Assembly (NCBI GenBank): GCA_045114455.1
Contig: JBGUKN010000024.1
Coordinates: forward strand, 3,904 to 67,903
Length of the DNA stretch: 64,000 nt
Direction: 5' to 3'
Source of the DNA: Victivallales bacterium
Lineage (GTDB): Bacteria; Verrucomicrobiota; Lentisphaeria; Victivallales; UBA1829
This document shows, piece after piece, positions 29,683-38,624 of this stretch. The translations under genes and the position numbers were made by a program. The first letter of the stretch is position 1. Each line of letters opens with the position of its first letter. The notes beneath the pieces are model-generated. The model was not told the DNA's origin and did no database searches. It saw only the letters and a program-made list of their open reading frames with translations.

Positions 29683-29760
29683 GGTAAGTCCTCCGGGTGT
29701 TTCCTGGTCGGGGGCATGCTGGATCGCTGTCAACGTTGAAACTGTATTCTGTCGGGCGGC

Positions 29761-31020
29761 TTACTTCGATGTCAGGCGTTTCGCGGCCTCGCGCGCTTCG
29801 GCGATGATCTCCTCCTCGCCGTCGACGTGTCCGCCGCGCATCAGGATGCGGCCGTCGCAGATGACCGTGTCGATGCAGGAGCTGTCCGCCGCGTACACCA
29901 TGTCGGAGACCAGGTTGAACCCGGGGACGAGGTTGTGGTTGTTCAGGTCCACGAGGATGCAGTCTGCGAGTCGCCCTTCCTCGATCGCGCCCGCGTCGAT
30001 GCCGAAAGCCTCGGCCCCGGACCGCGTGGCAGCGCGGAAGACGTCCGCGGCTTTCATTGCCTTCGGGTCGCCGGTGAGGTCCTTCCCGCGGAGAGCAGCG
30101 GTCTTCATCTCGCCGAGCATGGAGAGGGAGTTGTTGGAGGATGCGCCGTCGGTGCCGATGGCCCAGCGGCATTTATCGAAGAGCGCGGCGCTGTCGTAGC
30201 GGAAATGGCCGGAGACGAGCTTCATGTTCGAGACGGGCATATGGACGAGCACGGAGCGGCGTTCGGCGAGGAGTTCGATATCCTCGTCAGTGAGCGCCAC
30301 GGAGTGCGCGAGGATGGTCTTGTCCGTGAGGATGCCGCAACTGTCGACGTAGGCGGTCGGGCTCATGCCGTGCTGCGCCATGCAGTCGTCGAATTCCTTC
30401 TTCGTTTCCGCGAGGTGCGTATGGATCACGAGGCCGTACCGTTTCGCCGTTTCGGCGACATCCTGTAATATTTCCTCGGTGGTCGTGTAGATCGCGTGCG
30501 GCGCGACGGAGATCTGGATGCGGTCGGAGAGGTTGTTGCGGTTTTCCAGCAGCCAGTCGTTGTCCAGCATGGGGAGGAACGCCGGATTGCCCATGGTCTG
30601 CCGCAGCATGCCGATACAGGCGCGCATGCCCATTTCCTCGGCGGCCTTCACGACCTGGCGGCCCCGCCAGTACATGTCGTTGAAAAAGACCGTGCCGGAC
30701 TTGATCATTTCGAGGATGGCGAGGCGGGTCCCCGCGTAGACGTCTTCGTTCGTGAGGCGCGCCTCGACGGGCCAGATGTGGTTGCTGAGCCAGTCGAAGA
30801 GGTCGAGGTCGTCGGCGAATCCGCGCAGAAGCGACATGGCGGCATGGGTATGGGCGTTGTAGAACGCCGGGAGGACGGCCACCGCGCCGTGGGCGTCGAG
30901 CGTTTCATCGGCGGGAACGGCGGGGACGGCCTGGGAAATGGACTGGAAACGGTTTCCTTCGATGCGGATATTGACCGTGGAATCGTTGAGGACGACGTTG
31001 CGGAGGAGGATGGTTGACAT
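29761..31020 (-). CDS. mtaD: Amidohydrolase of the 5'-methylthioadenosine/S-adenosylhomocysteine deaminase (MtaD/DadD/Tm0936) type
   Basis: MSTILLRNVVL..., LPAFYNAHTHAAMSLLRG (HxH), VIHTHLAET, GTDGASSNNSL. Start is ATG 31020; the 27 upstream codons in the track ORF are unlikely to be coding. Confidence 0.8.
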   Translation of the reverse strand: MSTILLRNVVLNDSTVNIRIEGNRFQSISQAVPAVPADETLDAHGAVAVLPAFYNAHTHAAMSLLRGFADDLDLFDWLSNHIWPVEARLTNEDVYAGTRLAILEMIKSGTVFFNDMYWRGRQVVKAAEEMGMRACIGMLRQTMGNPAFLPMLDNDWLLENRNNLSDRIQISVAPHAIYTTTEEILQDVAETAKRYGLVIHTHLAETKKEFDDCMAQHGMSPTAYVDSCGILTDKTILAHSVALTDEDIELLAERRSVLVHMPVSNMKLVSGHFRYDSAALFDKCRWAIGTDGASSNNSLSMLGEMKTAALRGKDLTGDPKAMKAADVFRAATRSGAEAFGIDAGAIEEGRLADCILVDLNNHNLVPGFNLVSDMVYAADSSCIDTVICDGRILMRGGHVDGEEEIIAEAREAAKRLTSK

Positions 31021-31072
31021 GATCTGTGGTCTGCTGGTTGAGGTGTTATTGAGGTGAGAGGTTTTGGCGGGT

Positions 31073-32110
31073 TCAAAGCCCCATGGCGGCGATTTCGTCA
31101 TTGATGACGCCCGCGGCGCGGACGTCGGAGAGGATGAAATCCTCGAGCGGAGCCGACGGATTGATGATGCCGGAAGCGCCGTCGCTGTGGATGAGTTCGA
31201 TGATCCCGGAATTGTGAAGCGCCAGGGTCGGGTCGATGTAGCGCGTGGCGGTCGGCTCGGGAAGCATGAAATTGACCGGGCGTTTGCGGTTGACGGCGCG
31301 TTCCGGCGGGATGCCCGGCCCGAACTCGTCGTCCGCGCCCATATTGACCAGCAGTGCGCCGCTGTCGAGCAGGAGCTGCGCGAACGGCGCGAGCGCGTCG
31401 CGGACGCCCGTGGCCGAGATCACGATGTCCGCGCCGTCCAGAAGCGCCGGGGTGAAGGATTTTCCCTGTGCCGGATCGACGATGCGGATGGATGCGCCCG
31501 CATGCGCCAGAGCGTATTCGATGCCGTATCCGACGCGCCCGTGACCGAAGAGCAGAACGGTCTTTCCCGCGGGATCGACGCCGATATGCCGAAGCCCGCG
31601 CAGACAGCCGTCGCCGGTGCCGAGTATCGTCTCAATGGATTTGATGCGTCCGGAGTCCGCCGCGAAAACGGGCTTGTCCGGCGGGTCGGATTTGTAGATG
31701 TGGACGCCGGATCGGGTGAGCTCGCAGTAGCCGTAACGGGACGGAACTTGTTTGTTCAATGCGCTGCAGTCGAGCACGGCATCGAACGGTCCGGATGCGG
31801 CGGCCTCCGCCACTCCGTGGTATGCCGTGAGGCCGATCCCGGTGAGAAGACCGGGGATCGCCGGGTCATAGCCGAGTTCGTCGGAATAGACGATCGCAAG
31901 ATCGGCGCCGCCCTCGAGCAGAGCGGCATACTGCGCCAGCGTGTTCAGGAAGAGCGGCGTGCCGCAGAGGATGCGGAGGCCTTCCAGCGGACGGACCTCG
32001 TGCCAGCGTTCGGCCTGCGCGGCAAGCGCGGGATAATCGCATGCCGGATCAAGCTCCGGCGCAAGCGCCGCGTTGATTGCCTGAAGCTGTGCCGCGCGGT
32101 CCGATGTCAT
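31073..32110 (-). CDS. Divergent, short S-adenosylhomocysteine-hydrolase-like NAD-binding protein
   Basis: 345 aa. The sequence is collinear with SAHH motifs. [31 protein letters not shown] resembles [39 protein letters not shown] resembles GKVAVVAGYGDVGKG, ISATG resembles VTTTG, and VNMGADDEF resembles CNIGHFDNE. Several catalytic positions differ. Confidence 0.55.
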   Translation of the reverse strand: [345 protein letters not shown]

Positions 32111-33528
32111 AACTTGGAAAGCTCCGGTCCCGCGGGGGTGTCCTTCACTGCCCAGCCTGCGGCGTTGATCTGTGCGCGGATCGGGTCGGCGTCGGCGAAA
32201 TCCTTCGCTTTCTTCGCCATGGCGCGTTTTTGCGCAAGCTCGAGGATTTCCGCCGGGATGTCCTGTTTCGGGGCATCGGCGGATTCCAGCGCGGAATCGA
32301 CGTCCAGGAACGCCAGCACGCGGTCGAAGTCACGGTATTGGTCGAGCAGGACGGCGGCGGCGTCACGGCCGGCGCCCTTCGCAAGAAGGCCGTTGACTTC
32401 CTTCGTGAATTTATGAACGGTGGCGAGCGCTTCCGCGATGTTCAGGTCGTCGGCAAGTCCGGCGGCGAATCTTTCATGCGCGGCTTCCGCTGCGGCCTTC
32501 GCCTCTGCCAGAAGCACGTCCCCGGCGGGGGCGGCGTTCAGGCGTGCGAAAAGCGTGTGGAATTTCTTCAGCGCGGTCCGTGCCTGTCCGAGGGCGTCCG
32601 GGTCGAAGTTGAGTTTGGAACGGTAGTGCGTGCCGAGGAGGAGATACCGGATCTCCGCGCCGGACCAGCCTTTCGCCGTGAGGTCGCGCAGCGTGTAGAA
32701 ATTGCCGAGCGATTTCGACATCTTCTGTCCCTTGATCGTGAGGTGTTCGCAGTGGAGCCAGCAGTTCACGAACTTGCATCCGTTGGCGGATTCGCTCTGC
32801 GCGATCTCGTCCTCATGGTGAGGGAACATGTTGTCGACGCCGCCCGTGTGGATGTCGAACGTGAGGCCGAGGTATTTGCGGCTCATGGCGGAGCATTCGA
32901 GGTGCCAGCCGGGGCGGCCGGGACCCCAGGGGCTGTCCCACTTGACGTCGCCGTCGTTTTCGTCCCAGGCTTTCCAGAGGGCGAAGTCCGCGACGGAATC
33001 CTTGGCGTATTCGTCGCTGCGGACGCGGTCGCCGATGCGCTGGTTTTCGAAGTCAAGCTTGACCAGCTGCCCGTAGTTTTTGCATTTCGCGATGGAGAAA
33101 TAAATGGAGCCGTCGTCGGACTGGTAAGCGAACCCCTTGTCCATCAGCTGCCGGATCATTTCGAGCATTTCCGGGATGTGCGCCGTGGCTTCCGGGTAGT
33201 GTTCCGCCGGCTCGACGCGGAGCGTGCGGAGGTCCTCGAAAAAGGCGTCCTTGTACTTGCGCGTGAAAGTCTGAAGCGGGAGCCCGGCGGCGCGCGAATC
33301 GCGGATGGTCTTGTCGTCGACGTCGGTCAGGTTCATGACCTGCGTGACCTTGATGCCGTGATATTCGAGCGTGCGGCGGAGCAGGTCCTCGAAGAGATAG
33401 GCGCGGAAATTGCCGATATGGGCATAATTGTAAACCGTGGGGCCGCAGGTGTACATCCCGGCATGTCCTTCGCGGATCGGGGTGAATTCGGTCATGCGGC
33501 GTCCGAGCGTATTGAAAAAGCGGATCAT
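32107..33528 (-). CDS. cysS: Cysteine--tRNA ligase
   Basis: MYTCGPTVYNYAHIGNFR (HIGN) and GQKMSKSLGNF (KMSKS). Start is ATG 33528 with RBS GGAGAAGG. The stop overlaps the next gene's start as ATGA. Confidence 0.95.
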   Translation of the reverse strand: MIRFFNTLGRRMTEFTPIREGHAGMYTCGPTVYNYAHIGNFRAYLFEDLLRRTLEYHGIKVTQVMNLTDVDDKTIRDSRAAGLPLQTFTRKYKDAFFEDLRTLRVEPAEHYPEATAHIPEMLEMIRQLMDKGFAYQSDDGSIYFSIAKCKNYGQLVKLDFENQRIGDRVRSDEYAKDSVADFALWKAWDENDGDVKWDSPWGPGRPGWHLECSAMSRKYLGLTFDIHTGGVDNMFPHHEDEIAQSESANGCKFVNCWLHCEHLTIKGQKMSKSLGNFYTLRDLTAKGWSGAEIRYLLLGTHYRSKLNFDPDALGQARTALKKFHTLFARLNAAPAGDVLLAEAKAAAEAAHERFAAGLADDLNIAEALATVHKFTKEVNGLLAKGAGRDAAAVLLDQYRDFDRVLAFLDVDSALESADAPKQDIPAEILELAQKRAMAKKAKDFADADPIRAQINAAGWAVKDTPAGPELSKL

Positions 33529-33758
33529 GGTTGCCTTCTCCTGTTTCCTGATGTTCGGAAAATGTGTTATCTGTTTAATATACTCCCTGCCGGGAAAGAA
33601 TGCAAGGCGGACAAAAAACACGCATCCGCGCGGAAACGTTTTTTCCGATGCATTTCCGGTCGCGGTCCCCGGGGCGCCGGGACGCACGGGGATGGTGTTT
33701 TTCTTTCGATATCGTTTTGCTGTTGTTTCCGTCTTTTATGTTTTTCCCTGCGCCGGTT

Positions 33759-33786
33759 TGCATTTTTTTAAAAGGATGCTATAGTA
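33759..33786 (+). promoter_or_regulatory. Sigma-70-like promoter for nagB (TTGCAT-16-TGC-TATAGT)
   Basis: TTGCAT at 33759-33764 and GATGCTATAGT ending at 33786. Confidence 0.55.
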
Positions 33787-33875
33787 ATTTGATCCCAATA
33801 TCCGCGGGTGTCAGTGTTTCAGTGCGTTTCCCGCGGAAAAAAAACACAAAAAACACAGTCAGGAATCAGAAAAAC

Positions 33876-34712
33876 ATGGACATCATCGTCATGCCGACCG
33901 CCGCGGAAGCTGAGCTTCTCACCGCACGCATCATCGCCGACGCCATCAACGCCAAGCCGTTCTACAAGCTGGGACTTGCTACCGGCCGCACCATGGAAAA
34001 CGTGTACGCAAATCTGGTGAAAATGAACAAGGCCGGAAAAGTCGACTTCTCCCGCGTGATCTCGTTCAATCTCGATGAGTATGTCGGACTGAAGGGCACC
34101 GCCGAGAAGAACAAGGATTCCTACCGCTATTTCATGAACTATCACCTCTTCAACCATGTGAACATCGACAAGCGCAACACGCATGTGCCGAACGGCTTCG
34201 CCCCCGAGGACGAACTTGAGGCCGCGGCTGCCGCGTACGAAGAGGAAATGGAAGACGCCGGCGGCGTGGACATGCAGCTCCTCGGCATCGGCCGCAGCGG
34301 ACACATCGGGTTCAACGAGCCGATGTCCTCCTTCGCCAGCCGCACGCGCGTCGTGACGCTCACCAAGACCACCTTCGAACAGAACTCCCCGCTTTTCAAG
34401 AAGCCGGAAGACATGCCGATGCGCGCCATGACCATGGGCGTGGGCACCTGCCTCGACGCCAAGCGCCTCCTGCTCCTCGCCACGCACAAGGAAAAAGCCA
34501 ACATCGTGGCGGCTGCCCTCGAAGGCCCCGTCACAAGCATGATCTCCGCCACTGCCCTGCAGCTCCATGACAACGCCGTCGTGGTCCTGGACGCCGATGC
34601 CGCCTCCAAGCTCAAATACAAGGAGGAATACGCGTTCCAGTTTGCCAATGATCCGAAGTGGGCCGCATACCAGCCCGCCCGCCGTAAATCCTCCCGCCGC
34701 AAAGCGAAATAA
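33876..34712 (+). CDS. nagB: Glucosamine-6-phosphate deaminase
   Basis: MDIIVMPTAAEA..., LGLATGRT, FNLDEYVGL, LLGIGRSGHIGFNEP. There is a basic C-terminal tail. Confidence 0.9.
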   Translation: MDIIVMPTAAEAELLTARIIADAINAKPFYKLGLATGRTMENVYANLVKMNKAGKVDFSRVISFNLDEYVGLKGTAEKNKDSYRYFMNYHLFNHVNIDKRNTHVPNGFAPEDELEAAAAAYEEEMEDAGGVDMQLLGIGRSGHIGFNEPMSSFASRTRVVTLTKTTFEQNSPLFKKPEDMPMRAMTMGVGTCLDAKRLLLLATHKEKANIVAAALEGPVTSMISATALQLHDNAVVVLDADAASKLKYKEEYAFQFANDPKWAAYQPARRKSSRRKAK

Positions 34713-34733
34713 GACACAGGGAAGACTGTTCCA

Positions 34734-35189
34734 ATGAAAATCCTCGTCATAAACGGGCCGAACATGCAGCTGCTGGGACGGCGCAAAGCCGAGTTCTACG
34801 GGACGAAAACGCTCCCGGAGATCGAGTCGGACCTCCGTGCGGTTGCCGGTTCGCTCGGTGTGACGGTCGATTTTTTCCAAAGCAATCACGAAGGCGCGAT
34901 CTGCGACAGGATCGCCGACGCGATTTCGGACGGGGTTGACGGCATCGTCATCAACCCCGCCGCCTATACCCATACGAGCATCGCCATCCACGATGCGCTG
35001 GAAGCCGCCGCGATCCCCGCGGTCGAGGTGCATATGAGCAACATTCAGGCGCGGGACGATTTCCGCCGGACGTCGCTCACTGCCCCCGCCTGCGTCGCGC
35101 AGATCGCCGGACTCGGTGCAGACGGGTACGAGTTCGCCCTCAGGGCCCTTGTCCGCCGTCTGTCCCCCGCTTCCGGTCAAACCCGCTAA
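34734..35189 (+). CDS. aroQ: Type II 3-dehydroquinate dehydratase
   Basis: [47 protein letters not shown]. Confidence 0.95.
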   Translation: MKILVINGPNMQLLGRRKAEFYGTKTLPEIESDLRAVAGSLGVTVDFFQSNHEGAICDRIADAISDGVDGIVINPAAYTHTSIAIHDALEAAAIPAVEVHMSNIQARDDFRRTSLTAPACVAQIAGLGADGYEFALRALVRRLSPASGQTR

Positions 35190-35220
35190 CAACCCAATCA
35201 ATGCCAACCCCGGGTGCTTT

Positions 35221-35712
35221 ATGAAAATTGATGAAATCAAAACGATTGTGAAGCTTATGTCGGACAACGATCTGACCGAGTTCAAAATCGAATCGGAAGA
35301 AATGACCCTCTGTCTCCGCAGAGCCGCACGTCAGCAGACTGCGCCCGCACCTGTGTTCGTCCCGGCCGCCGTTCCCGCGGCAGCCGCTCCCGCCGTTCCT
35401 GTCCCGGCTGCCATTCCCGTTCCGGAGCCCGTCAAGGCGGTTGCTCCCGCGGATGCCGGACGCTCCGCGGCTGATCCCGCCAAGGTCATCGAATCGCCCA
35501 CCGTCGGCACGTTCTACCGTTCGAGCTCCCCGGGCGCCGAGCCGTTCGTGAAGGTCGGCAGCCATGTGGAAGCCGACACGACCGTGGCCGTGGTGGAGGC
35601 GATGAAGGTCATGAACGAGATCAAGGCCGAAAAGAGCGGCGTGATCAAGGAGATCCTCCTGGAGAACGGTCAGCCTGTGGAATACGGCCAGCCGCTTTTC
35701 GTGCTTGAGTAA
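35221..35712 (+). CDS. accB: Acetyl-CoA carboxylase biotin carboxyl carrier protein
   Basis: [24 protein letters not shown], a Pro/Ala linker and the biotinylation motif [10 protein letters not shown]. Confidence 0.95.
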   Translation: MKIDEIKTIVKLMSDNDLTEFKIESEEMTLCLRRAARQQTAPAPVFVPAAVPAAAAPAVPVPAAIPVPEPVKAVAPADAGRSAADPAKVIESPTVGTFYRSSSPGAEPFVKVGSHVEADTTVAVVEAMKVMNEIKAEKSGVIKEILLENGQPVEYGQPLFVLE

Positions 35713-35735
35713 TCACTGTCAGATACAGGTTTCCC

Positions 35736-37121
35736 ATGTTCAACAAAATCCTGATCGCCAATCGCGGAGAGATCGCAGTGCGCATTATCCGCACCTGCCG
35801 CGAAATGGGCATCAAAACCGTAGTCGTCTACTCCCAGGCCGACGAGGACAGCCTGCCCGTCCGTCTGGCCGACGAGGCCGTCTGCATCGGGCCTGCGCCC
35901 GCCACGCAGAGCTACCTCATGATAGAGCGCATTATCAGCGTTGCCGAGATCGGCGACGTCGACGCGATCCATCCGGGCTACGGCTTCCTTTCCGAAAATC
36001 CGCAGTTCGCCCAGATATGCAAGGACTGCAAGATCGAATTCATCGGTCCGACTGCCGAACAGATGAGCGCCATGGGCGACAAGGCGTCCGCGCGCGAGAC
36101 CATGCGCAAGGCAGGCGTGCCCGTCACGCCCGGCAGCAACAACGTCATCCCCACCGAAGATGCGGCGCTCGAAGAAGCGCACAAGCTCGGCTATCCGGTC
36201 ATCATCAAGGCGACGGCCGGCGGCGGCGGTCGCGGCATGCGCGTGGCGCATAACGACGCCAGCCTGATCCAGGGGTTCCATGCCGCCATGACCGAGGCGG
36301 AGCGCGCGTTCGGCAACGGCGACGTTTACATTGAGAAATTCATCGAGAATCCCAAGCATATCGAGGTGCAGATCCTCGCCGATAAGTTCGGCAACGTGGT
36401 CTGCCTCGGCGAACGCGACTGCTCGCTCCAGCGCCGTCATCAGAAACTCATCGAGGAATCTCCCTCCCCGTCGATCTCGGCCGCTCTCCGCAAGAAGCTT
36501 TTCGAGGCGGCGATCAAGGCCGCCAAGGCTGTCGGCTATACCAGCGCCGGCACGATCGAATTCCTCGTCTCCGGCAACAATTTCTACTTCATGGAGATGA
36601 ACACCCGTGTCCAGGTCGAGCACACCGTGACCGAGATGGTCAGCGGTCTCGACATCATCCGGGAACAGATCCGGATCGCCGCAGGCGAACGCCTCAGCGT
36701 CCAGCAGAAGCAGGTCGCGCTCCGCGGATGCGCCATCGAATGCCGCATCAACGCGGAAAACCCGTACGCGAACTTCGCGCCGTCTCCGGGCACGCTGACG
36801 TTCTATTCCGCCCCGGGCGGACCCGGCGTCCGCGTGGATTCGCACGTCTATGCCGGCTACCGCATCCCGCCGCACTATGACAGCATGATCTCGAAGCTGA
36901 TCGTGCATGCCGCCACGCGCGAGGAGGCGATCGCCCGCTGCAAACGTGCGCTCGACGAATATCTGATCGAAGGTGTTCCGACCACGATCCCGTTCGAGCA
37001 TTTCCTGATCGAGACGCCCGAGTTCATCGCGGGCAATTACGATACGACCCTGATCGAACGCCTGATGAAAGGCGGCTATTTTGAACAGCAAAGCGCGATC
37101 CGCAAAGAGATCGCGAAATAA
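35736..37121 (+). CDS. accC: Acetyl-CoA carboxylase biotin carboxylase subunit
   Basis: [58 protein letters not shown]. Confidence 0.97.
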   Translation: MFNKILIANRGEIAVRIIRTCREMGIKTVVVYSQADEDSLPVRLADEAVCIGPAPATQSYLMIERIISVAEIGDVDAIHPGYGFLSENPQFAQICKDCKIEFIGPTAEQMSAMGDKASARETMRKAGVPVTPGSNNVIPTEDAALEEAHKLGYPVIIKATAGGGGRGMRVAHNDASLIQGFHAAMTEAERAFGNGDVYIEKFIENPKHIEVQILADKFGNVVCLGERDCSLQRRHQKLIEESPSPSISAALRKKLFEAAIKAAKAVGYTSAGTIEFLVSGNNFYFMEMNTRVQVEHTVTEMVSGLDIIREQIRIAAGERLSVQQKQVALRGCAIECRINAENPYANFAPSPGTLTFYSAPGGPGVRVDSHVYAGYRIPPHYDSMISKLIVHAATREEAIARCKRALDEYLIEGVPTTIPFEHFLIETPEFIAGNYDTTLIERLMKGGYFEQQSAIRKEIAK

Positions 37122-37148
37122 CCATATCAACCAAAGGAGGCATGGACA

Positions 37149-37604
37149 ATGAGCAATTCGCAACAGGCGCGCGCCGCGGCAGAGTCCGTTTCCACTGTCC
37201 CCGGCGCCTATGAGATCAAAGGCGCCGCAGTCGGCACGATCCGGATTCTCGACGGAGCCATTACCACCATCGTCAAGCGGACCGTTCTCGGAATCGAAGG
37301 CGTGGCACGTCTTTCCGGCAGTTCGCTGATCGACGACTTCGCCGACCTCGTCCGCAGCAAACGCATGCAGGACCGTTCCATCCAGATCGAACACAAGGAT
37401 CAGTCGATCGCGGTCACGGTCGCGGTCAATCCCTATTTCGGCTTTAAATTCCCCGCCCTGATCGCGGAAATCCAGCGGAAAGTTTCCGACGCCGTCTTCG
37501 ATATGACCGGCATCAAGGTCGCTTCCGTCAACGTGGACATCAAGGGCATCGAGGAACGTCCGGCGGACGAAAAGACCGCGGACGCCGGGAAAGAAACGGA
37601 ATAA
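37149..37604 (+). CDS. Asp23/Gls24 family envelope-stress protein (copy 1)
   Basis: GTIRILDGAITTIVKRTVLGIEGVARL..., IAVTVAVNPYFGFKFPALIAEIQRKVSDAVFDMTGIKVASVNVDIKGI. Confidence 0.8.
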   Translation: MSNSQQARAAAESVSTVPGAYEIKGAAVGTIRILDGAITTIVKRTVLGIEGVARLSGSSLIDDFADLVRSKRMQDRSIQIEHKDQSIAVTVAVNPYFGFKFPALIAEIQRKVSDAVFDMTGIKVASVNVDIKGIEERPADEKTADAGKETE

Positions 37605-37616
37605 AGGAGAACTATC

Positions 37617-38039
37617 ATGGCCAAAGACACCAGCAAACAGACCGCCGCGGAACCTGCCGCCTACACGGTGCATGAAAGCGTCATCATCTCCCTCGCCCGG
37701 AAGGCCGTTGCCGGAATCCCCGGCTTTGTCCGTTTTTCCGGCTCCTCCATCGTTTCCGACCTGGCCGACCTCGTCGGCAGCAAACGCCGCTTCGACAAGT
37801 CCATCGTCGTGACCGAATCCGGCAGCGACGTCAGCCTGGAAATCCTGATTGTCGCCGCCTACGGCTCGAAGCTCGGCGAAGTCGCGGCCGCCGTCCAGAA
37901 GGCGGTCTATCACCAGATCGTCGACTTCACCGGAATGAACGTGAAGAGCATCGACGTGGTGATCACCGACACGGAGGATGTCCCCGAAGAGGGCAAGCAG
38001 GACGACGAAGACGTCGTCGAAGGCGAAGTCATTCAGTAA
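37617..38039 (+). CDS. Asp23/Gls24 family envelope-stress protein (copy 2)
   Basis: YTVHESVIISLARKAVAGIPGFVRF..., VSLEILIVAAYGSKLGEVAAAVQKAVYHQIVDFTGMNVKSIDVVITD. Confidence 0.8.
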   Translation: MAKDTSKQTAAEPAAYTVHESVIISLARKAVAGIPGFVRFSGSSIVSDLADLVGSKRRFDKSIVVTESGSDVSLEILIVAAYGSKLGEVAAAVQKAVYHQIVDFTGMNVKSIDVVITDTEDVPEEGKQDDEDVVEGEVIQ

Positions 38040-38087
38040 AACAACATCATTTGGGAGGTCGTTCCCTCCCGGAAAGGCGGATGCGGC

Positions 38088-38624
38088 ATGTTCCAGTCGA
38101 TTCAAAAACTGGCGGAAAGAATCGGTTCCCTGATTGCGGAGCGGCCTTTTTCCAGCGGATTCTTCGCGGGATTCGCCGCCGCGTTCGCCATACTGCTTTT
38201 CCTTCTTCTGCTCCGTTTTGCTTTCCGTTCGCGCAAGCTCCGCTGCATCGTGATCCCGTCCGAGGGCGGCGATCTCCGCATCGACGCGAAGGCGGTGCAG
38301 GGTGCAGTCTGTTCGGTCGCGGAGAATTTTCCCGCGTTCGATGTCCGGCGGTTCGGCATGTACGGACAGCAGGACGCGGTTGAACTTGAGATCGCGATGG
38401 ATTTCAACGGAGGCAATGTCTCCGTTTCGGATTTGTCCGTGCAGTTCCGGGCGGCGATCGTCCGGATGATGACGGAGACGTTCGGCATGGAGAAGCCGGT
38501 CCGGATCGAATTTGAGATCCTGCGGTCCGGCGCGGATATCCCGGCGAACGGGATGGAAACTGTGGCGACGGATACGATCGCCGCGGAGATTTCGTCCGAA
38601 TCCGAACTCGGGAAGTCATGCTGA
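38088..38624 (+). CDS. Membrane-anchored AmaP-like (Asp23 anchor) protein
   Basis: An N-terminal TM (FFAGFAAAFAILLFLLLLRF) is followed by a ~130-aa domain. Position directly after two Asp23 genes matches the asp23-amaP arrangement. The call rests on context and architecture. Confidence 0.5.
   Translation: MFQSIQKLAERIGSLIAERPFSSGFFAGFAAAFAILLFLLLLRFAFRSRKLRCIVIPSEGGDLRIDAKAVQGAVCSVAENFPAFDVRRFGMYGQQDAVELEIAMDFNGGNVSVSDLSVQFRAAIVRMMTETFGMEKPVRIEFEILRSGADIPANGMETVATDTIAAEISSESELGKSC

Noticed and set aside
27709-29739. 676-aa + strand ORF
   Set aside because: It is antisense to the ankyrin-repeat lipoprotein gene, which has a signal peptide, a lipobox and repeat structure.
32230-35285. ORFs 32230..33771 (+, 513 aa) and 33819..35285 (-, 488 aa)
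   Set aside because: They are antisense to cysS and to nagB/aroQ respectively.
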